A stretch of 64,000 bases of DNA from Lama guanicoe. Taxonomy: Eukaryota. The notes below the pieces were generated by a model, which made no database searches, was not told where the DNA came from, and saw only the letters and a program-made list of their open reading frames with translations. Of the stretch, positions 49,035-62,800 are shown piece by piece. Position 1 is the stretch's first letter; each line of letters opens with the position of its first letter. A program made the position numbers and the translations under genes. The stretch lies in contig MU053379.1 in assembly GCA_013239625.1 (NCBI GenBank), positions 2,896,866 to 2,960,865 of the forward strand, read 5' to 3'.

Positions 49035-49225
49035 GCTCTGCATTTGGAGCCAAAACACTTTGGAAGCCAGTTCCCGCTCTGGTCCTTACTCTCCAGGGAG
49101 GCAACGTGGTTTCTCTGGGTCTCAGCTTCTCCGTCTATAAAACAGAGTTTTAAGACCTGAACTGCTTACCATAGGAATCAAAGAGAGTGCCTCCAAGTTC
49201 TTTGTAAACTGCAGAATTCCTTATA
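49035..49225 (+). mobile_element. MIR/MIR3 SINE remnant
   Basis: Core 'tctctgggtctcagcttctccgtctataaaac' and tail 'tttgtaaactg'. Confidence 0.65.
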
Positions 49226-50059
49226 AATTCATAGTAGTATTATTCAAAATCATTATACATATCTACATGTCACTATATAGATAAAGAATTTTAAATAATC
49301 TCTAAAAGAACCAAGAATTTGAGAAGCACAAATTCCTACCTACTAATCTGTAAAACTAAGCTCATGATTTTGCCAATCATTCTCTCGCTGACTTTACGAG
49401 GCTTCTACCATCGGCAGGTGTGAACACTTAGACCAGAAATGTCCACTGTTGCTTAGGGACGACACCACAGCATTATAAAGCAATGCATTACTCATTTACA
49501 GCTAACTGGTTTGTTTCCCTTTGTTTCTCTAGTCTTAATTAAAATGTACGTTAAACACACATGAAGATCATACTTCTCAGTCTTACTTATCTCACAGATG
49601 AAAGATGTTATCCAACACAATTTTTATACGCAAATTTTAACGTTACTCCATCAGAAGTTCCCAAAAACATCAGGGAGTGGTTAAATTTTACACCGTAATT
49701 AATGAAAACCAGTTTGCTTGGTTAAAAAAAGTATATTCAAGTTAGAATTTTAGTTTTTATTTCTAATTTTAAAATGCTTTTCAGCATTCTAACACCGCTT
49801 TTACTCAACACATGCTTTGTAGTTTGTCTGAATTGTTCTCGTAAAAGATGTCTGTGGACCCAGGAATACGGTGGACCAGGAAGGACGTGGGGTCAGGGTC
49901 TCCCACACTGAGCTTCCCTGTCACACAGGTGAGAGGACCGAGCCTTCAGAGGTTCACTTTCCCAGGGTCACATGATGTGTGTGTGTGCACATGTGTGCGG
50001 GCGTGTAAGTGGGCGTGTGAGCAGTTAAAACTGCAGAGCGCTCCCCTATCCCCTGTTCT

Positions 50060-50230
50060 GTGTACTTGACTGGGATGTCCACTCACTGATTCCTCCAACA
50101 ACCCTATAGTAAGGACCGCTACTATCCCCGTTCCACAAAAAGGAAACTGAAGGACAGCGATTAACTTGCTCCAGGCCACCCAGCAACTCCTCGGCAGAGC
50201 CTGGATGCCCATCGGCAAGTTCGGCTCTGT
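50060..50230 (-). mobile_element. MIR SINE remnant
   Basis: 'caacaaccctat...tatccccgttccacaaaaaggaaactgaag...ttaacttgctccaggccacccagc'. Confidence 0.7.
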
Positions 50231-50935
50231 AATCTATTCGTGAATTTTAGAAATACACTATGCAAGGGGGGGAAGTTACAAAAAATATAGAACATGACAA
50301 CATTTTTAAAAAGCTTAAAACAAAAATTAAATGATATATTGTTTGAGGAGACAGATATGTATGGTAAAACCATAAAGAAGGGAATGATTATCAAAAACAA
50401 AACACTGGGGGCAGGGTCACAGGATGACAGAAGGGCCTCTTGGGAACCTTGTGGGTTTGGAAGCTGTTCTCTGTCGCTGGGCTGCAGGCTCACCACGGCT
50501 CATTTTACGACCATGGCCCATAACTCACAGATGTATCACAACTTACCCTGCATGCATCAAATATTTTATAGTAAAATTAAAGAAAACAGTAATCAATAAG
50601 CTACTTAAATTCTTTAACTTATCCTGGATTTACAACACGTGTAAGTTGTATAAATTATGCTTTTCCAGAGTAAAGCAAATTGGGTCGTGGCTAAACGAGT
50701 CACTTCCTCCTGCATTGGACAGTGGTTGCTGGCGTGGCGGCCTCCTTGCTCTTCAGCCGCTGTCTCAGCCCCCTCTGCACACAGGGGTCTGAGAACTCAC
50801 AGCTGGTTACGGACGGGGGTTGGGGCGGGCGCCCCCGGCATCGCTGTGCTAAAGACCCCTGGAGTCCCTGCACCTAGGAGACTGTGGGACCTCCCGACTG
50901 TTAACACTGGTGCCTCTTCTCAAAGACACAGTTAC

Positions 50936-51112
50936 CTGTCAAGTTGGAAGCATCAGTGGGACTAAGCTGTAGCCAATGGCGGGCGTCGGAGTCAGTCGCA
51001 GCATCCGTGGGAGAGCTCAGTTCGGGGTCCTCCTCACAGGTCAGCCACGGGCTCAGGGCCAGCTCTGCCTCTGTGCTGTAGCTCAGGGCTGTGTCACTGC
51101 TGACACTGTCAC
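50936..51112 (-). CDS. RALGAPA2: RALGAPA2 coding exon (177 nt, phase 1-1): (S)[58 protein letters not shown](D)
   Basis: ctgccag|GT acceptor and ACAG|gtaact donor. Lies within ORF 50901..51215. Contains the [16 protein letters not shown] motif. Confidence 0.93.
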
Positions 51113-52451
51113 CTGGCAGAAGGGGAGAAGCAGTCTGAGAGGACAGACAACGGGAAATCGGAGAATCCACCAGCCAGCATACAAGCAGCCAGACAGCAGA
51201 CCCAGCCACAATCATTCAGGGGACCAGGGCTCCGAAGCTGCCCGCTGGGGCTCTTGGTAAACGGAACCAAGGTGCCGAGCGCCGGGAGCCAGCCGTCATC
51301 ACAAGCACCGCACACATCACTCCCGGGGCACTCTCTTCACGGGGTCTGCGGCCGGTGGTCCGTGTGCGCAAAAGATCGCACTAAGTCCTTAAGTTTTCTA
51401 CGGTGATTTATTCAACTACAAACAGAGATGGTGGGGAGGAAGAGGGTAGGAATTGATTCTGCCACAAATGCAGGCTTAATCTGCCAGCCTAAGAGCCCAG
51501 GGATGCTGTACTGCGAGCCGAGGTGTGGACCTGCACCCAGCGGGGTATGAGGTGTCCCACGCATGAGTTTCTCCAACAGAAACTTTCCCCTTGAAACATG
51601 GGAGTTCTAACTTGTCATGATACAGCGATGCTTTCAAAGGCTATGCAACCTGATAGGGTATTTAGTTGGCCACAAAGCAGACCCAAGACTCCAAGGAGGG
51701 GTCTGCTCCTCCAAGTCTCCCGCAGGCTTCATAGGGACATTAGGTGTCTGCCCTTTCCTCTCGGGCCGCGCTCTGAATCTGCTGCTGACCGACCCCCAGC
51801 CCTGCTGCTTCTAATCTGCTGTCCTCTCTTCACCTGCGGAGAACTGAGAGTCGTCCCCGCCGCATCTGTTAGGTCCCTAACTTCAGCCGCCCCAGGACTC
51901 TAGCAGGAGGGGCCTGAGAGCCTTGCCCTGCCCTCCACCGAGACCCACCCTGGGTCTGCGGGCCCTGCGCCCCGGGCTGCCGTGAGAAGGAGGGGCCTGG
52001 CAGCGGGCCTCAGGAAAGCAGAGTATCAGGGCTGCATTTCACAGCGGATGGCGGTAGGTCTCGGCATCCCAGCCAAATATTACTTTTTAAATATTTATAC
52101 CACTGACTTCAAGGTACTTCCGAAGCTTTGACTCTACCCTGCGGAAACTCTGCGGGGAAGATCATTTTTCCTCCCAGGTCTGTCTGTTGCCCAGCCATCA
52201 GCCTTGGCCGTGCTTCTCACCTGGAGAACGGCCCCGGGGTGGGGAGACAGGCCTCGAAGGCGCAGGTACCTGACCAGGACTGTTCTATTGTATGTGTGGA
52301 CTAACCCCCCATCGACCTGGGGATCCCAACAATAAAAACGTCCCATTTCACAGCCACGTCTCTTCAGATCATTTAAGTCAGAAAGTCACAAGGAAACAAA
52401 ACACGTCAGTGTTGAAGTCGGAGGAACACGACCACGTGGCCTGGCACTTAC

Positions 52452-52542
52452 TCTTCTGTCTTTCCCTGCATTTCCCTTGCGTCTGCTGTAAGTCATCTTT
52501 TAAGTCCAATTCAGCCGGGCTGCTGCTTCTTCGGACTAAGAT
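52452..52542 (-). CDS. RALGAPA2: RALGAPA2 coding exon (91 nt, phase 0-1): [30 protein letters not shown](S)
   Basis: Pyrimidine tract plus tctgaag|ATC acceptor and AAGA|gtaagt donor. Recognisable [14 protein letters not shown] motif. Confidence 0.93.
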
Positions 52543-52814
52543 CTTCAGACAGAAAGAAAGAATGACATTTGTTACAGGAAAGTTTTCATTTTTATAGGAC
52601 TGTGAAGTTTCTAGCCCACATTTCTAAAGAAAAAGAAACAATAATAACAGCAACAAAAAACTGAATGCCATTTCCCCTTGAAGGATATGTGTCCACAAAT
52701 CACTGTAATTTAATTATAAATTACTCAAGATCTGAAATTTAAGGCTACTACTTTGTCAGCTGACATCCATTTAACTGGTCTACTGAGAAGAGATGCCAAG
52801 TTATCTGGAAATAA

Positions 52815-53010
52815 CTTTTTTAATTGAGGTCGATTAACAATGTTGTGTTAGCTCTGGTGCAGCATAGTGATTCGGTTATACATATACATATGTATTTCTT
52901 TTCATAGTCTTTTTAATTATAGGCTATTGCAAGGTACTGAGTATAGTTCCCTGTGCTTTCAGTAGGTCCATCTTTTTTACATACAGAGTTGTATCTACAA
53001 ACCCCAAACT
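52815..53010 (-). mobile_element. Artiodactyl-type L1 3' end
   Basis: Reverse complement of the same family as 28970-29240 ('tatagttccctgtgct...agtaggtcc'). Confidence 0.8.
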
Positions 53011-54849
53011 AAAAAGCACGTAACGCGGCACGAGTTTGCATGCCATCCTTGCGCAGGGGCCATGCTAAGTTTCTCTGTATCATTCCAATCTGAGAATATG
53101 TGCTGCCGGAGCGAGCGCTGGGATGAAATTGTTCTCAAGCCCTATTTGTGCGTCTGCTCGAGCACACACGGACGACGCGCACGGCCCCCCAGGAGCCCTG
53201 AGCGCCCCGCGGACGGTGCGTGTGCTGCAGGGAAGGCGCCAGCCCCGCCCGGACGTCTGAAGGGCACCCGTGCCTTCCTTGTGACAGGGCAATGGGCTTT
53301 CCTGAGCACCACTCAGCACTGGCCCTTGTGTTAAACACAGACGACTAAAACGCTGGCAGGCAATCTGCAGCCTCTGAAATTTATGCAACTTGCTCGGAGA
53401 GACACAAAATGCACACCAATCACACAAAACGATGACAGCGTACATTGACAGAACAGGCAAGTCAACTCTGTGTAAAGGTGTGCGGAATAAAGCGTTACCT
53501 TCACTGGCGGACAGTGACAGGAGGGCTGCTCAAGGAGCCGACAGACAGGAGGTGGCACAGAGAAGGCAGGAGGGGTCGGGGCAGGAAGCACTGAGCGGTG
53601 ATCTGCAAGTTCTACGTGCAGGAAAAGAAGCTGATTATAGCAGGCCACGCGGGGCGGCGGGCGCAGACGGGAAACAACGAGAAAACGAGGCAGACCACCT
53701 TCCCCAAGAGGCAGCTCCTGGCGCGCCGTCAGCCTCAGGCTTGGGGACTGCACCCCTATTCTGACAAAATGAGCAACTGTATGTTCCAGTCTACAGCTTA
53801 CTGTGACTCAAAACACAACTGGAAAGATGTCTAGTAGCGATCTGTGGGACAGAGTGAAGAAGAAAGCTGCTGTGGACACTGTAATGGGAATTCAGGAATG
53901 AGCAGGTAAGGCTTCGATGGTAGAAAAGGAGAAGAAATGATAAATAAGAAAATGCTGCAGGATGACAGACAAGAGATGACGAGAGCTTCACAAGAGCTGG
54001 ACATGGAAGAAAACTAAGTCACAAAAGGACATGAATCTAGGGGTCCGTGAGAATGATGGTGACAAAGGAAGGACGGACGGAAGGAAGGACAGATGGATGG
54101 ACAATGGACAGAGGAACTTGGGAAAGTTTCCAATATTTTAATTTTCATCTTTGGGATGAACAGCTAAAGAGAATGTACTATGAGTGTACACCAAAAACCC
54201 ACGACTGGTGAGACAGAAAATAAAGCCAGAAATGAAAATATATACTCAAGGTCCTACAGTGCAGTGTACAAAAAACATGGGGTTCAATGAGCCAACTAAA
54301 GGAATGAATATTAAACAAGCAAACACATGAAGGGGGTGGCTAAGATGTATAATTAAAAGAATGATTATTAAGCTAAAACACAGAGGTAGGTCATGAATAA
54401 AATACTTAGAAGGTTAATAGCATATGAAAAAATTTTACTCAGCCTTGAAAAAGGATACGTATCTCATGTGATAATGGGAAAATTTCCCAGGATATTTCCT
54501 TAATTTAAAAGGAGAATGCAGGCTCTTCTGACTTTCTGAGAGACGAACTATCCTCCAACTATAGAACTAGATCCTACATAAAAATTTGGGGCTCACTGGA
54601 AGCAAAATAAACCTCCAAGTGATCCACACTCTCTCCCACCCCCAGAAATGAACAGAAACCAGGACAGTGAAATGGGCTACCTTAGGGGTAAATCTAGTGT
54701 CACCACTGCCAGTGGCAAAAGGACCAAGACTCCAGGATTCCAGTAGAACTGCCTGTGCCTGGTTCCTGGGAAAAACTGATGCAAATGTTGTCCTTTATCA
54801 CTTCAGACATCCAGGTTTTCTGTAGATTAAGATTTGCCAGCTAAGAACT

Positions 54850-56950
54850 CACAACTGAAGATCACCAAACACCAAAGAAAATAATAAATCACCATGAGTG
54901 ATTCAGACTCTCAGAAAAAACATGTATCAGATTCAGACTCCCTTCCCAGCACCCCCCCAAGGATTTCAGACAATCAGATAAAGAATTTAGAATTCCAATC
55001 TGTGACTATTTCAAAGGAATAAAAGACGAGAATCACAAAAACGAGCAAGCAACAGGAGATTTGCTAGAGATTACAAGAGATACTTGAAAACAATGAACCT
55101 GAACTTTCAGAAGCAAAATGTATAATTGTTGAACCAAAGAACTCAATGGGAGTATGAAACAGCAGACAGTTTATGTGAAAAGAGAGAATTACTGACCTGA
55201 GTGAAAGATCTGATGAGTTATCCAGAATGCACTCACACAGCCAAGGAGAATAGAAACTATGAAAGGGGGCTTAAGAGAACGGAAGACAGAATGAGAAAGT
55301 CTGAATATATTTCTACCCAGAATTCCAGAAGGAAAAAGCAGAGAAAACAGAAAAAGGTAATATTTGAAGAAATGACTACCAAGAATTTTCCAGAAACAAT
55401 GGAAGAACAAGTATTCACAGATGCATGGCCCACAGCACATACAACAAAGGACAGATGTGCAGACCCAAAGAAAATGCACCTACGTGCACCGCAGAGGAAC
55501 TGCAGGGCAGGGACAAAGAACAGCTAACGCACAGGGCGCACAGAAGACTTCCCCACAGAAACAGTGAAAGACAAAGACAGTAGACAAACAGCTTCCACAG
55601 AAGGGGGTGAAAGGGGGAGGCAGGGGGGGATTACAGTAATTAGCTGTAGGACGGTCCAGAGAGACAAGAGTAGCCAAAGACTCAAGAGGCACCAAAATAA
55701 AGCCTCCCACATCTGGGAAACAGTGTATGTGAGAGAAACGTAGCAACTCAGATCAACAAAGGAAGCATGAACTCAATGTAGGGGGCCCAGGACAGGTGGC
55801 TATCCATGTGGATCCCTATCTCACTCCATAAACATCAACTCCAGGTGGATAAGAGACTGAAATGGATAAAGCAAAACTGAAACACCTACAATTACAAGGT
55901 AATATTTTTATCCCTGTGAAGTTGGTATTTTAAAACTTTCTTAAAATATAACCTAAAAATTATAATCAAGAATATCAAAATCAAGAATTTCTGTTCCTGA
56001 TAAGACAACAGGGAGAGAGTGAAAATATAAGCCACACACTGTTAGGAGATATTGGCCAGAAACATAACCAAAATAGGATCAGTATTCAGACCATATAAAG
56101 AATCAGTTCAAATAAAAGAGAAAATGACAAAGAAACCAACTGGGAAGTGGAAAGACATCAGGAGGTATTCCACAGATGAGACACATAAGATCTCGATCAA
56201 CACATGGAAAGATTTTGAACCTTATCTGTAAATTGAGGAATGCAAAATAAAATGAGATCCCATTTTCACCCACTTGACTCAGAAGATTTTAAATCTGACA
56301 ACAGCAAGTGTTGACAAGAAAGTGGATGAGTGAGAACTCTTTACACATTGTTAGAGGAACATAAGGGGTCCAACCACTTTGGAAAAGACACATTCTCTCG
56401 TAAAGAACATCAGTTCTACTCCTGGCTAGGACCACAGAGAACCCCTTAAACGTGTAGATCTTGAAACACACACAAGAATGTACACAGCTTCATTTTTCAT
56501 TAGGAAAAAAAAAGCAAATGCAAAACAGTCTTAACTTTCCATCAATCAGAGAACAGAAAAATAAACTGTGGTATATTCACAGTGGAATATCATACAGCAG
56601 AGAAAACAACAGAGGGCCATGTAACAAGTGAACAAAGCAATAGTATCACTTTTACAAAGTTTAAAGATAATGAAAACTAAAGGGTGCAGTGTTTGGAGAT
56701 ACGTACATACGGAGAAAACCACAGAGCAAAGTGAGGACATGATACACACAAAGCCAACAGAAAGCTGCTCTCCGGGGGACAAGGACAGGGCTCACAGGCC
56801 ACTGCAGCCATGCTGCAAATATTCTGGGTCCTAAGCTGGTGGTGAGTCTGTGGGTGTGTATCTGACTGTTGAAACACACACAAATAACATACATCTATAT
56901 ACAGCATGTAAAAGTAGGCTGGTACACGCTCTTAAAAAATATACAGAGGA
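54850..56950 (+). mobile_element. Degenerate L1 remnant(s): ORF1-like segment, then ORF2 C-terminal and 3' UTR fragments
   Basis: ORF 55201..55527 contains 'EDRMRKS...IFEEMTTKNFPE', typical of L1 ORF1p. Downstream are 'atcaactccaggtggat' and 'ataaactgtggtatattcac..tggaata'. Confidence 0.75.
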
Positions 56951-57556
56951 CACTGAACACTGGTTATCTTCCAGGCAGGGAAGGGACAGACTTTCTTGGT
57001 TTATTTTGTGCCTTTCTGTGATGTCTGAGTCTTCTATTCATACATCCTAAATTTTTAAGAAGTGAATAAATAGGAAATATCTGCATAAGTGAGTTAGGGC
57101 TACTTTTTAATTTTCTTTTTTATACTTCATATTTGTGTTTAAAAAAGAATAAATGCTATTTTACATAAAAAAAAACCCCTAGCTGATGTTTGCAAAAACT
57201 CACTTATCTAGGAACTCCTGTCAGGCAGAGGCTCCCACGTAAAATGACTTCAGGAACAGGGGTCCGACGCACGTTTGAGAGGCAGGGATGCCTCCTTAAA
57301 AGTACAGAGTGCACGTACAGACCAGGGGGGCAATTCTGTTTTCATGCTCACTTCCTTCTATTTCTGTAACATGACTAATTTTACACAGAAAGCAACCAAG
57401 ACTTTAAAAGATCTCAAGGTCATTTGGCCCTAAAACACATCTAAGTGGAAAAAAATTTTAAGACGAAGTATCACTGCTACTAATAAATGCACGTACTGTG
57501 CCAACAGTTTATGTTTATTTTTAATGACAAACGAATACAGTTTGGAAACAGCTTAC

Positions 57557-57654
57557 TGTCATGCCCTCATGCTCTTTCTTCACGTGTCCTTTGTTCTCCT
57601 GAACAGGCTTGGGCTCTGAAGAACTCCCCGTCTGTGCATTTTCCACCTTTGGCC
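57557..57654 (-). CDS. RALGAPA2: RALGAPA2 coding exon (98 nt, phase 1-0): (G)[32 protein letters not shown]
   Basis: ctctag|GG acceptor and ACA|gtaagc donor. Frame is open and resembles RalGAPa2 '[13 protein letters not shown]'. Not present in the ORF track. Confidence 0.9.
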
Positions 57655-58844
57655 CTAGAGATCAGCGGGGGACATCGACAGCAGGGACATTTCAGATGAT
57701 AAAACTGGAAAAGAACTTTATACTGAGGTAATTACTATACTTCGATATCCTAAGACATGGAAACCGGCACGCTGGCAGCCAGGGGTCAAGTCTGCCCTGC
57801 AGACCTGGTCTCTGGGCACAGAGAGCTTTCACTGCCACGTGTTCACGTGGGGGAGGGCGACAAGGCCTGTCCCGGGGGCCCTAGGGGAGGGTCTCAGACA
57901 AGAGCTGCCCGAATCAGCCAGGAAAGCTGGCGGGAAAAGGGAGCAGTGGGGAGGCTCAGCGCCACTGGAGAACAGACAGGTGGCACAACCAGTGTCAGGT
58001 ACAGAAGAGGGAGCATCACCAGGAAGCCTGCAAACGCTCACTGAAAAGATCATATCCTCTGAGTAGTCTGGGGCCAAAAAACTGGGGGGGAAAAACGCAT
58101 GAATTGAATGAATTCCTAGGAAAAACACAACTTTTTCAAATTAAACAGGAAAAGGAAAGTATGGATAATCTTACAATGATTAAAAGTTTTGAACAGTACT
58201 TTAAAATCTTCTTACAAGAAAACACCAGGCAGCTGATGGATTCTATCAAAAATTTAAGGGGAAAAATCATAATGATCTTACACAAAAGCTTTTGGAGAAT
58301 AGAAAATCCTTCACATAACACATTTTAAAATTATTTTTCTTGTATTTTCTTATTTCAAGAGTATTTCTAAGACAGGAGACTTCCCTACTCTTCTGGTGAG
58401 GCTAACGTGACCCTGACATTAAGAACGTGGTTGATTTCTTACCTCACGAAACTACACCTAATTAAGTTTGTTCACTGACACCAAACACAATGTAAACCTG
58501 TGCTTTCGTTTTAAAATACATTATTCACTGTTCACACATCTAACCATCTGCCTCTCTGCCTCCCACGCCTGTTGCTGCTGAAAGTTGTTGGAGAACTGTG
58601 TAGATGAACATGATTACAAGTTGTTATTGTCAACCTCAGCAGAGCCTACACGCTGCTAATAAACTCTGTCACAAGTCTGCTCAGCCTCTGCTCTCAGTGT
58701 TGACTTTCACTCAGGCCTCACCCCTCATGCCCTGCTGCTGCCCTCCCTCACCCGTGGTGAACATTCTCTGTCTCCCACCTACTCCAGCCACTCTGGACTT
58801 CTTTCTTTTTTTGAGTCCTCACACACGCCACGCTTGAAAAAAGT

Positions 58845-58853
58845 GCACACACA

Positions 58854-58885
<32 letters not shown>

Positions 58886-58886
58886 T
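58845..58886. repeat. (CA)/(CT)/(CA) compound microsatellite
   Basis: Directly visible. Confidence 0.9.
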
Positions 58887-59061
58887 AATTTAGATAAATA
58901 GATTAAAGTAAGTAGTAAAATATTTCATTGCCAGAAATCACATCCTTGCAATCAACTTATGAAGCAAATTCCCTTGAAATAGAGAGTTAGGACAGCAGCA
59001 CGACCTGCAGCTTCATCGCGGCCAGAGCCCGCGGTCCCGTGAGTACCGGAAGCGCTGGTAC

Positions 59062-59199
59062 CCGGAGGCGCGCAGGGGCACAGCGGCCCCGTGACGTCAG
59101 GCGTGCTGCTGCTCCGGACCACGTGCTGGGGCTCGGCTGCCGCCAGGCGCCCGGGCTCGGCTGCAGGTGCGTTTTCTGACTGTGCGCTGTCTTCGACCT
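59062..59199 (-). CDS. RALGAPA2: RALGAPA2 internal coding exon (first in window, 138 nt, phase 1-1): (E)VEDSAQSENAPAAEPGRLAAAEPQHVVRSSSTPDVTGPLCPCAPP(G)
   Basis: Acceptor cccacag|AG and donor CCGG|gtacca. The peptide resembles the recalled RalGAPa2 'SENAPAA...RSSSTSD' segment. Phase matches the next exon. Confidence 0.88.
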
Positions 59200-59556
59200 C
59201 TGTGGGCGTTAACACAAAACACGCAGGGAGGTTATTTCAAAACTCCTAAAAATAATTGCACTACTGAAGACAACTGATCCTGAAAATGTCGTTTTAGACA
59301 CTTTTTTTCCCCACAAAAAGTGTGCAGTTAGATTACCTGCATTTACATAAGGTTCTCTGCACTTGCTAAGAATACATGTTCCTTTTCAGTCCTACAAAGT
59401 ATTTTATTTCAACCAAAGTGAAGGGGAAAAAACAGAGAAAGCAGAATGGCTGAGAACTACTGTAGAATTACTTGGAGTCTCAGGGACAGGCCTGCCGAGG
59501 AGAGAGGGATGCTGGAGACGCAGGGAGCAGGTGATTTCCACGTGTGAGAGCATAAC

Positions 59557-59557
<1 letters not shown>

Positions 59558-59615
<58 letters not shown>
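59558..59615. repeat. (CT)n(CA)n compound microsatellite
   Basis: Directly visible. Confidence 0.95.
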
Positions 59616-59617
<2 letters not shown>

Positions 59618-59624
59618 CCTAAAG

Positions 59625-59810
59625 ACAAAAGGAAACAGGATAAACAACAAGGCCCTACAGCAGAGCACAGGGAACTACAGTCAGTGACTATGATGGAAAA
59701 GAACACACAAAAGAGGATGCTTATACACCTGTGTGTGACTGAATCACGCTGCCGTACACCTGCAACTAACAGGACACTGAATCAACTCCACTGCAACTAA
59801 AAATAAAAGA
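59625..59810 (+). mobile_element. L1 3' end, same general family as 28970-29240
   Basis: 'ggataaacaacaaggccctacagcagagcacagggaacta...gactgaatcacgctgccgtacacctgcaactaac...aaaataaaa'. Confidence 0.75.
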
Positions 59811-62800
59811 AGGGACTTTCAACTCTACTACTCCTTTTAACAGAGAAATGTACAGCCGTCCAAAATAAAATACAATAATTATTTAATGGCTTATATCACC
59901 AAATGCAAGGTTGAATCAATCACTAAAGTACGAAAATGATCCACTAGCGGTTTTAGAGAATCAATAAATGCACGGCACCAAGTAGGAAGCCACCGGGAGT
60001 CCTGATCACCGGATGAGCTCAGCCAGAATCACCACAAGCCAGACTCCGCTAGACAACCAAGCCCCTCTGCGCTCGTTTCTAAACTCCATGGTTCACTTTA
60101 ATCCTGGAATTACCGCAAAGAGTCACCCCACTTCCTCTCCCTGGAACCGCAGGTTCGGGGGCACAGCATCCCTGGCAATGTGATCGTTGTCATCGGCCCC
60201 TAACCTCACCCCTCGTCGACCCTCTGCGTGGCCCCGGACAACGACCTGACGGCACCCCTCCTCTTGCTGAGGCCCGGCTCCCCATCGCTGTCTAGTCAGC
60301 TCGCGCCCACACGGTGAGCACAGAGCTCCCCTGGATCTCCCCAGCGGCCTTGACCCCACAAGGGGCTCTGGGTCACTTCAGCCTTGAGCAGCCCCAGCCC
60401 ACGGGGCACCTGCTGCCTTCCCCCGTCACTCAGTCCTCCAGGCCAACCTCCCTCTGCTGTTGCCTGGGCCCCTCCGACGGGACTCGCCCCGGGGTCCTGC
60501 ATGTGGCCCCTGGCTGCCTCCCTTTGCAGACCCCACACTCCCTCCTGCAGGCATGAACTCCACCTCCATGTGGCTGTCATAGCCTCTTTCCCCCAGTTTT
60601 GATTAGCTCAAGTTTCAGTCCTTCTAAGAAGGGACTGATCACCATTCTGCCCATGTTATCTACCTGGAAGGGTCACCCTCTTCCTCACCCGAAATGAGAC
60701 TCGCTGCCGACGGGCCGCCTCCGCACACCCCTGTGACCCATCCGCCCGGACCACGACGCTCTCCATGGGCCAATTCCAAGTGTGACACGGGATTTCACCG
60801 CAGGGCTGCGGCTTGCTATGCACTCGCCGCATGAGAATTCCCTGTTAAAGGAGCCTGCCCCTAGTCACCAGGATTCAAAACTATGCGACGTGTGCGATCC
60901 CTCACTTCAGTCCTAAGCACTGGGCCGTGGTCTAAATTCACTCTGACGGGAGGCTGGGCGGAGGGCGCAGCAGAGGAAGGCCAGCGGCAGAGCACACAGA
61001 CCCACAAAGCCTCGTCCTCCCTGGATCGGCCCCGTCCCTCCTCTCCCCTGGAGAGCCAAGGGCTGCCCCTGCCCAGGGAGAAACCCGGGACACCCGCACA
61101 CCTGGCGGCCCCCCACAGCGCGCAGACCAGGCCCCCCAGCTCGACCCCCAGGCTCCTCAGTGCCAGGCAGCAGAAGCCTGATGACCCGCGGCCAGCCCTC
61201 CCTGCTGTCCTCTTCCATTTTTCCTTCCAATCACGCAAGACACGGGAACCTTCTGGGAAGAGTTGTCTCGAATGAGCCTACACATAAATCCAACGTCAGC
61301 AGAGGGAGCCCAAGAGCTTCCCCCGTCTCTAAATAATCACTGGCAAGGGCCGGTCTTTATGGACAGGGGGACAGTGGCTTTTCTGCATTTGACCGCGGTG
61401 CCAGGGAGTGGTAGGTTGGTGTCGGGGCTCTGAGCGGAAACAAACAGGGGCTGGGCCAACACTGGCTGCATCTTTTCCAAGATAAAGAACATCGCCATCT
61501 GCTGGGATGCGATTCGGACGCAGCACCCTGGCTTCCAAACGCGAGTGTCCCCACTGGTCCTCGACATGACAGACGGACCAAGAGCCTGCCACACCAGCTG
61601 GTCTGCCTTCCCCACAGGCTGGCCTGATGTGGCTTTAAGGCTGTTTCTGTAAAAGTGCTGGGAGGGACTTCTCGGATGGAGGAAGTCCAAGTCTGAGAAA
61701 GCACGGGAAGTGAGGGCAGTGGAGGGCGAGGGGAGGGGAGACCCTGGGGTCAGCGTGCAGTCAGGCTGCCTGCTGCTGGCGCCCTGAGCCACTCCTGCAC
61801 TCGGCTGTGCAGAGAATGAGAAACAGGATGCAGATTCTCCTTATCCCACAGTTCAATAAACCCAATTTCCTGACTTGTAAGTGGACACTTTTTTGGCCTT
61901 TTCTCACACTTTGTGCCAAGTGTATACTCAGTATGTGTTCTTTATAAATGAACAAATGAATGCCAAAAACATTTTCTGGATATCCTGTTCCTTTTCCTTT
62001 TTTAAACAGTTCTTGAGCTCCCTCTGCTGGCTTTGTATTCACACTAAGGCGGCTCCTCTCTACAGCCAGCAGCTGCAGGAACTGCTCTCTGATAACAAAT
62101 GAGAATCGCTGAACACCGATATGCAAATATCAAGGTAGAGGATTATCTGATATTCAAAATAGAAAAAGGGCAGCCTAAGTCATATAAAATAATTGCATTA
62201 TAAATTCTGGGAGGTCTACGGCATTTTAAATATCACACAATTTGAGTCACTTCGAAGAGCTAAATCCTCTCTCAGATTAACCAAACCCATCTCGCTCCCT
62301 TGAGCAGAGCTAGCCCAGTAACCCACACTGCAAAGCGCCAACTTTCCAGCTGCTTGACAGCGTAAGTTACACAGTATCACTACTAACTCATTGCTTTCTA
62401 AAGCTCCATTCAGAGTGCCAGAAAAAGGATCAAATAAGGATTAATTTCATTTTCCCCCACTGAGAGGAGAACCAGCATGATTAAGTTAAGTGTGTAAACT
62501 CTTCGGAAGCTTCTATTTATTCCAGACGGCTGACTACTTTTCAAAGAAATTTCACTCACTCTTAAATCTAAGGCTTCCTTAACCCATCTTATTTAAATCC
62601 AGTGAGGCCCATTCTCCAATTACCCAAATTCTGGGTTCCATTTACTCCTCATACAAGGTTGCATAAGCAAAATTAATAGTGTTGTTTCCTAACTTCTAAA
62701 GCACTGTGCACAGTACCAATGTGACCTTCTGAAAGCACAAGAGATGTGGACCAACTCATCATCTTGACGTTTCCCACAAGGTCTGAAGGTGAGTCAGCCC

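Noticed and set aside
55201..55527. 108-aa lysine/glutamate-rich ORF
   Set aside because: Decayed L1 ORF1 fragment, not a host gene.
61337..62126. Minus-strand ORFs as a possible extra large RALGAPA2 exon
   Set aside because: The ORFs are in different frames, have no convincing splice boundaries and show no similarity I recognise to RalGAP-alpha. The preceding real exon probably lies beyond 64000.
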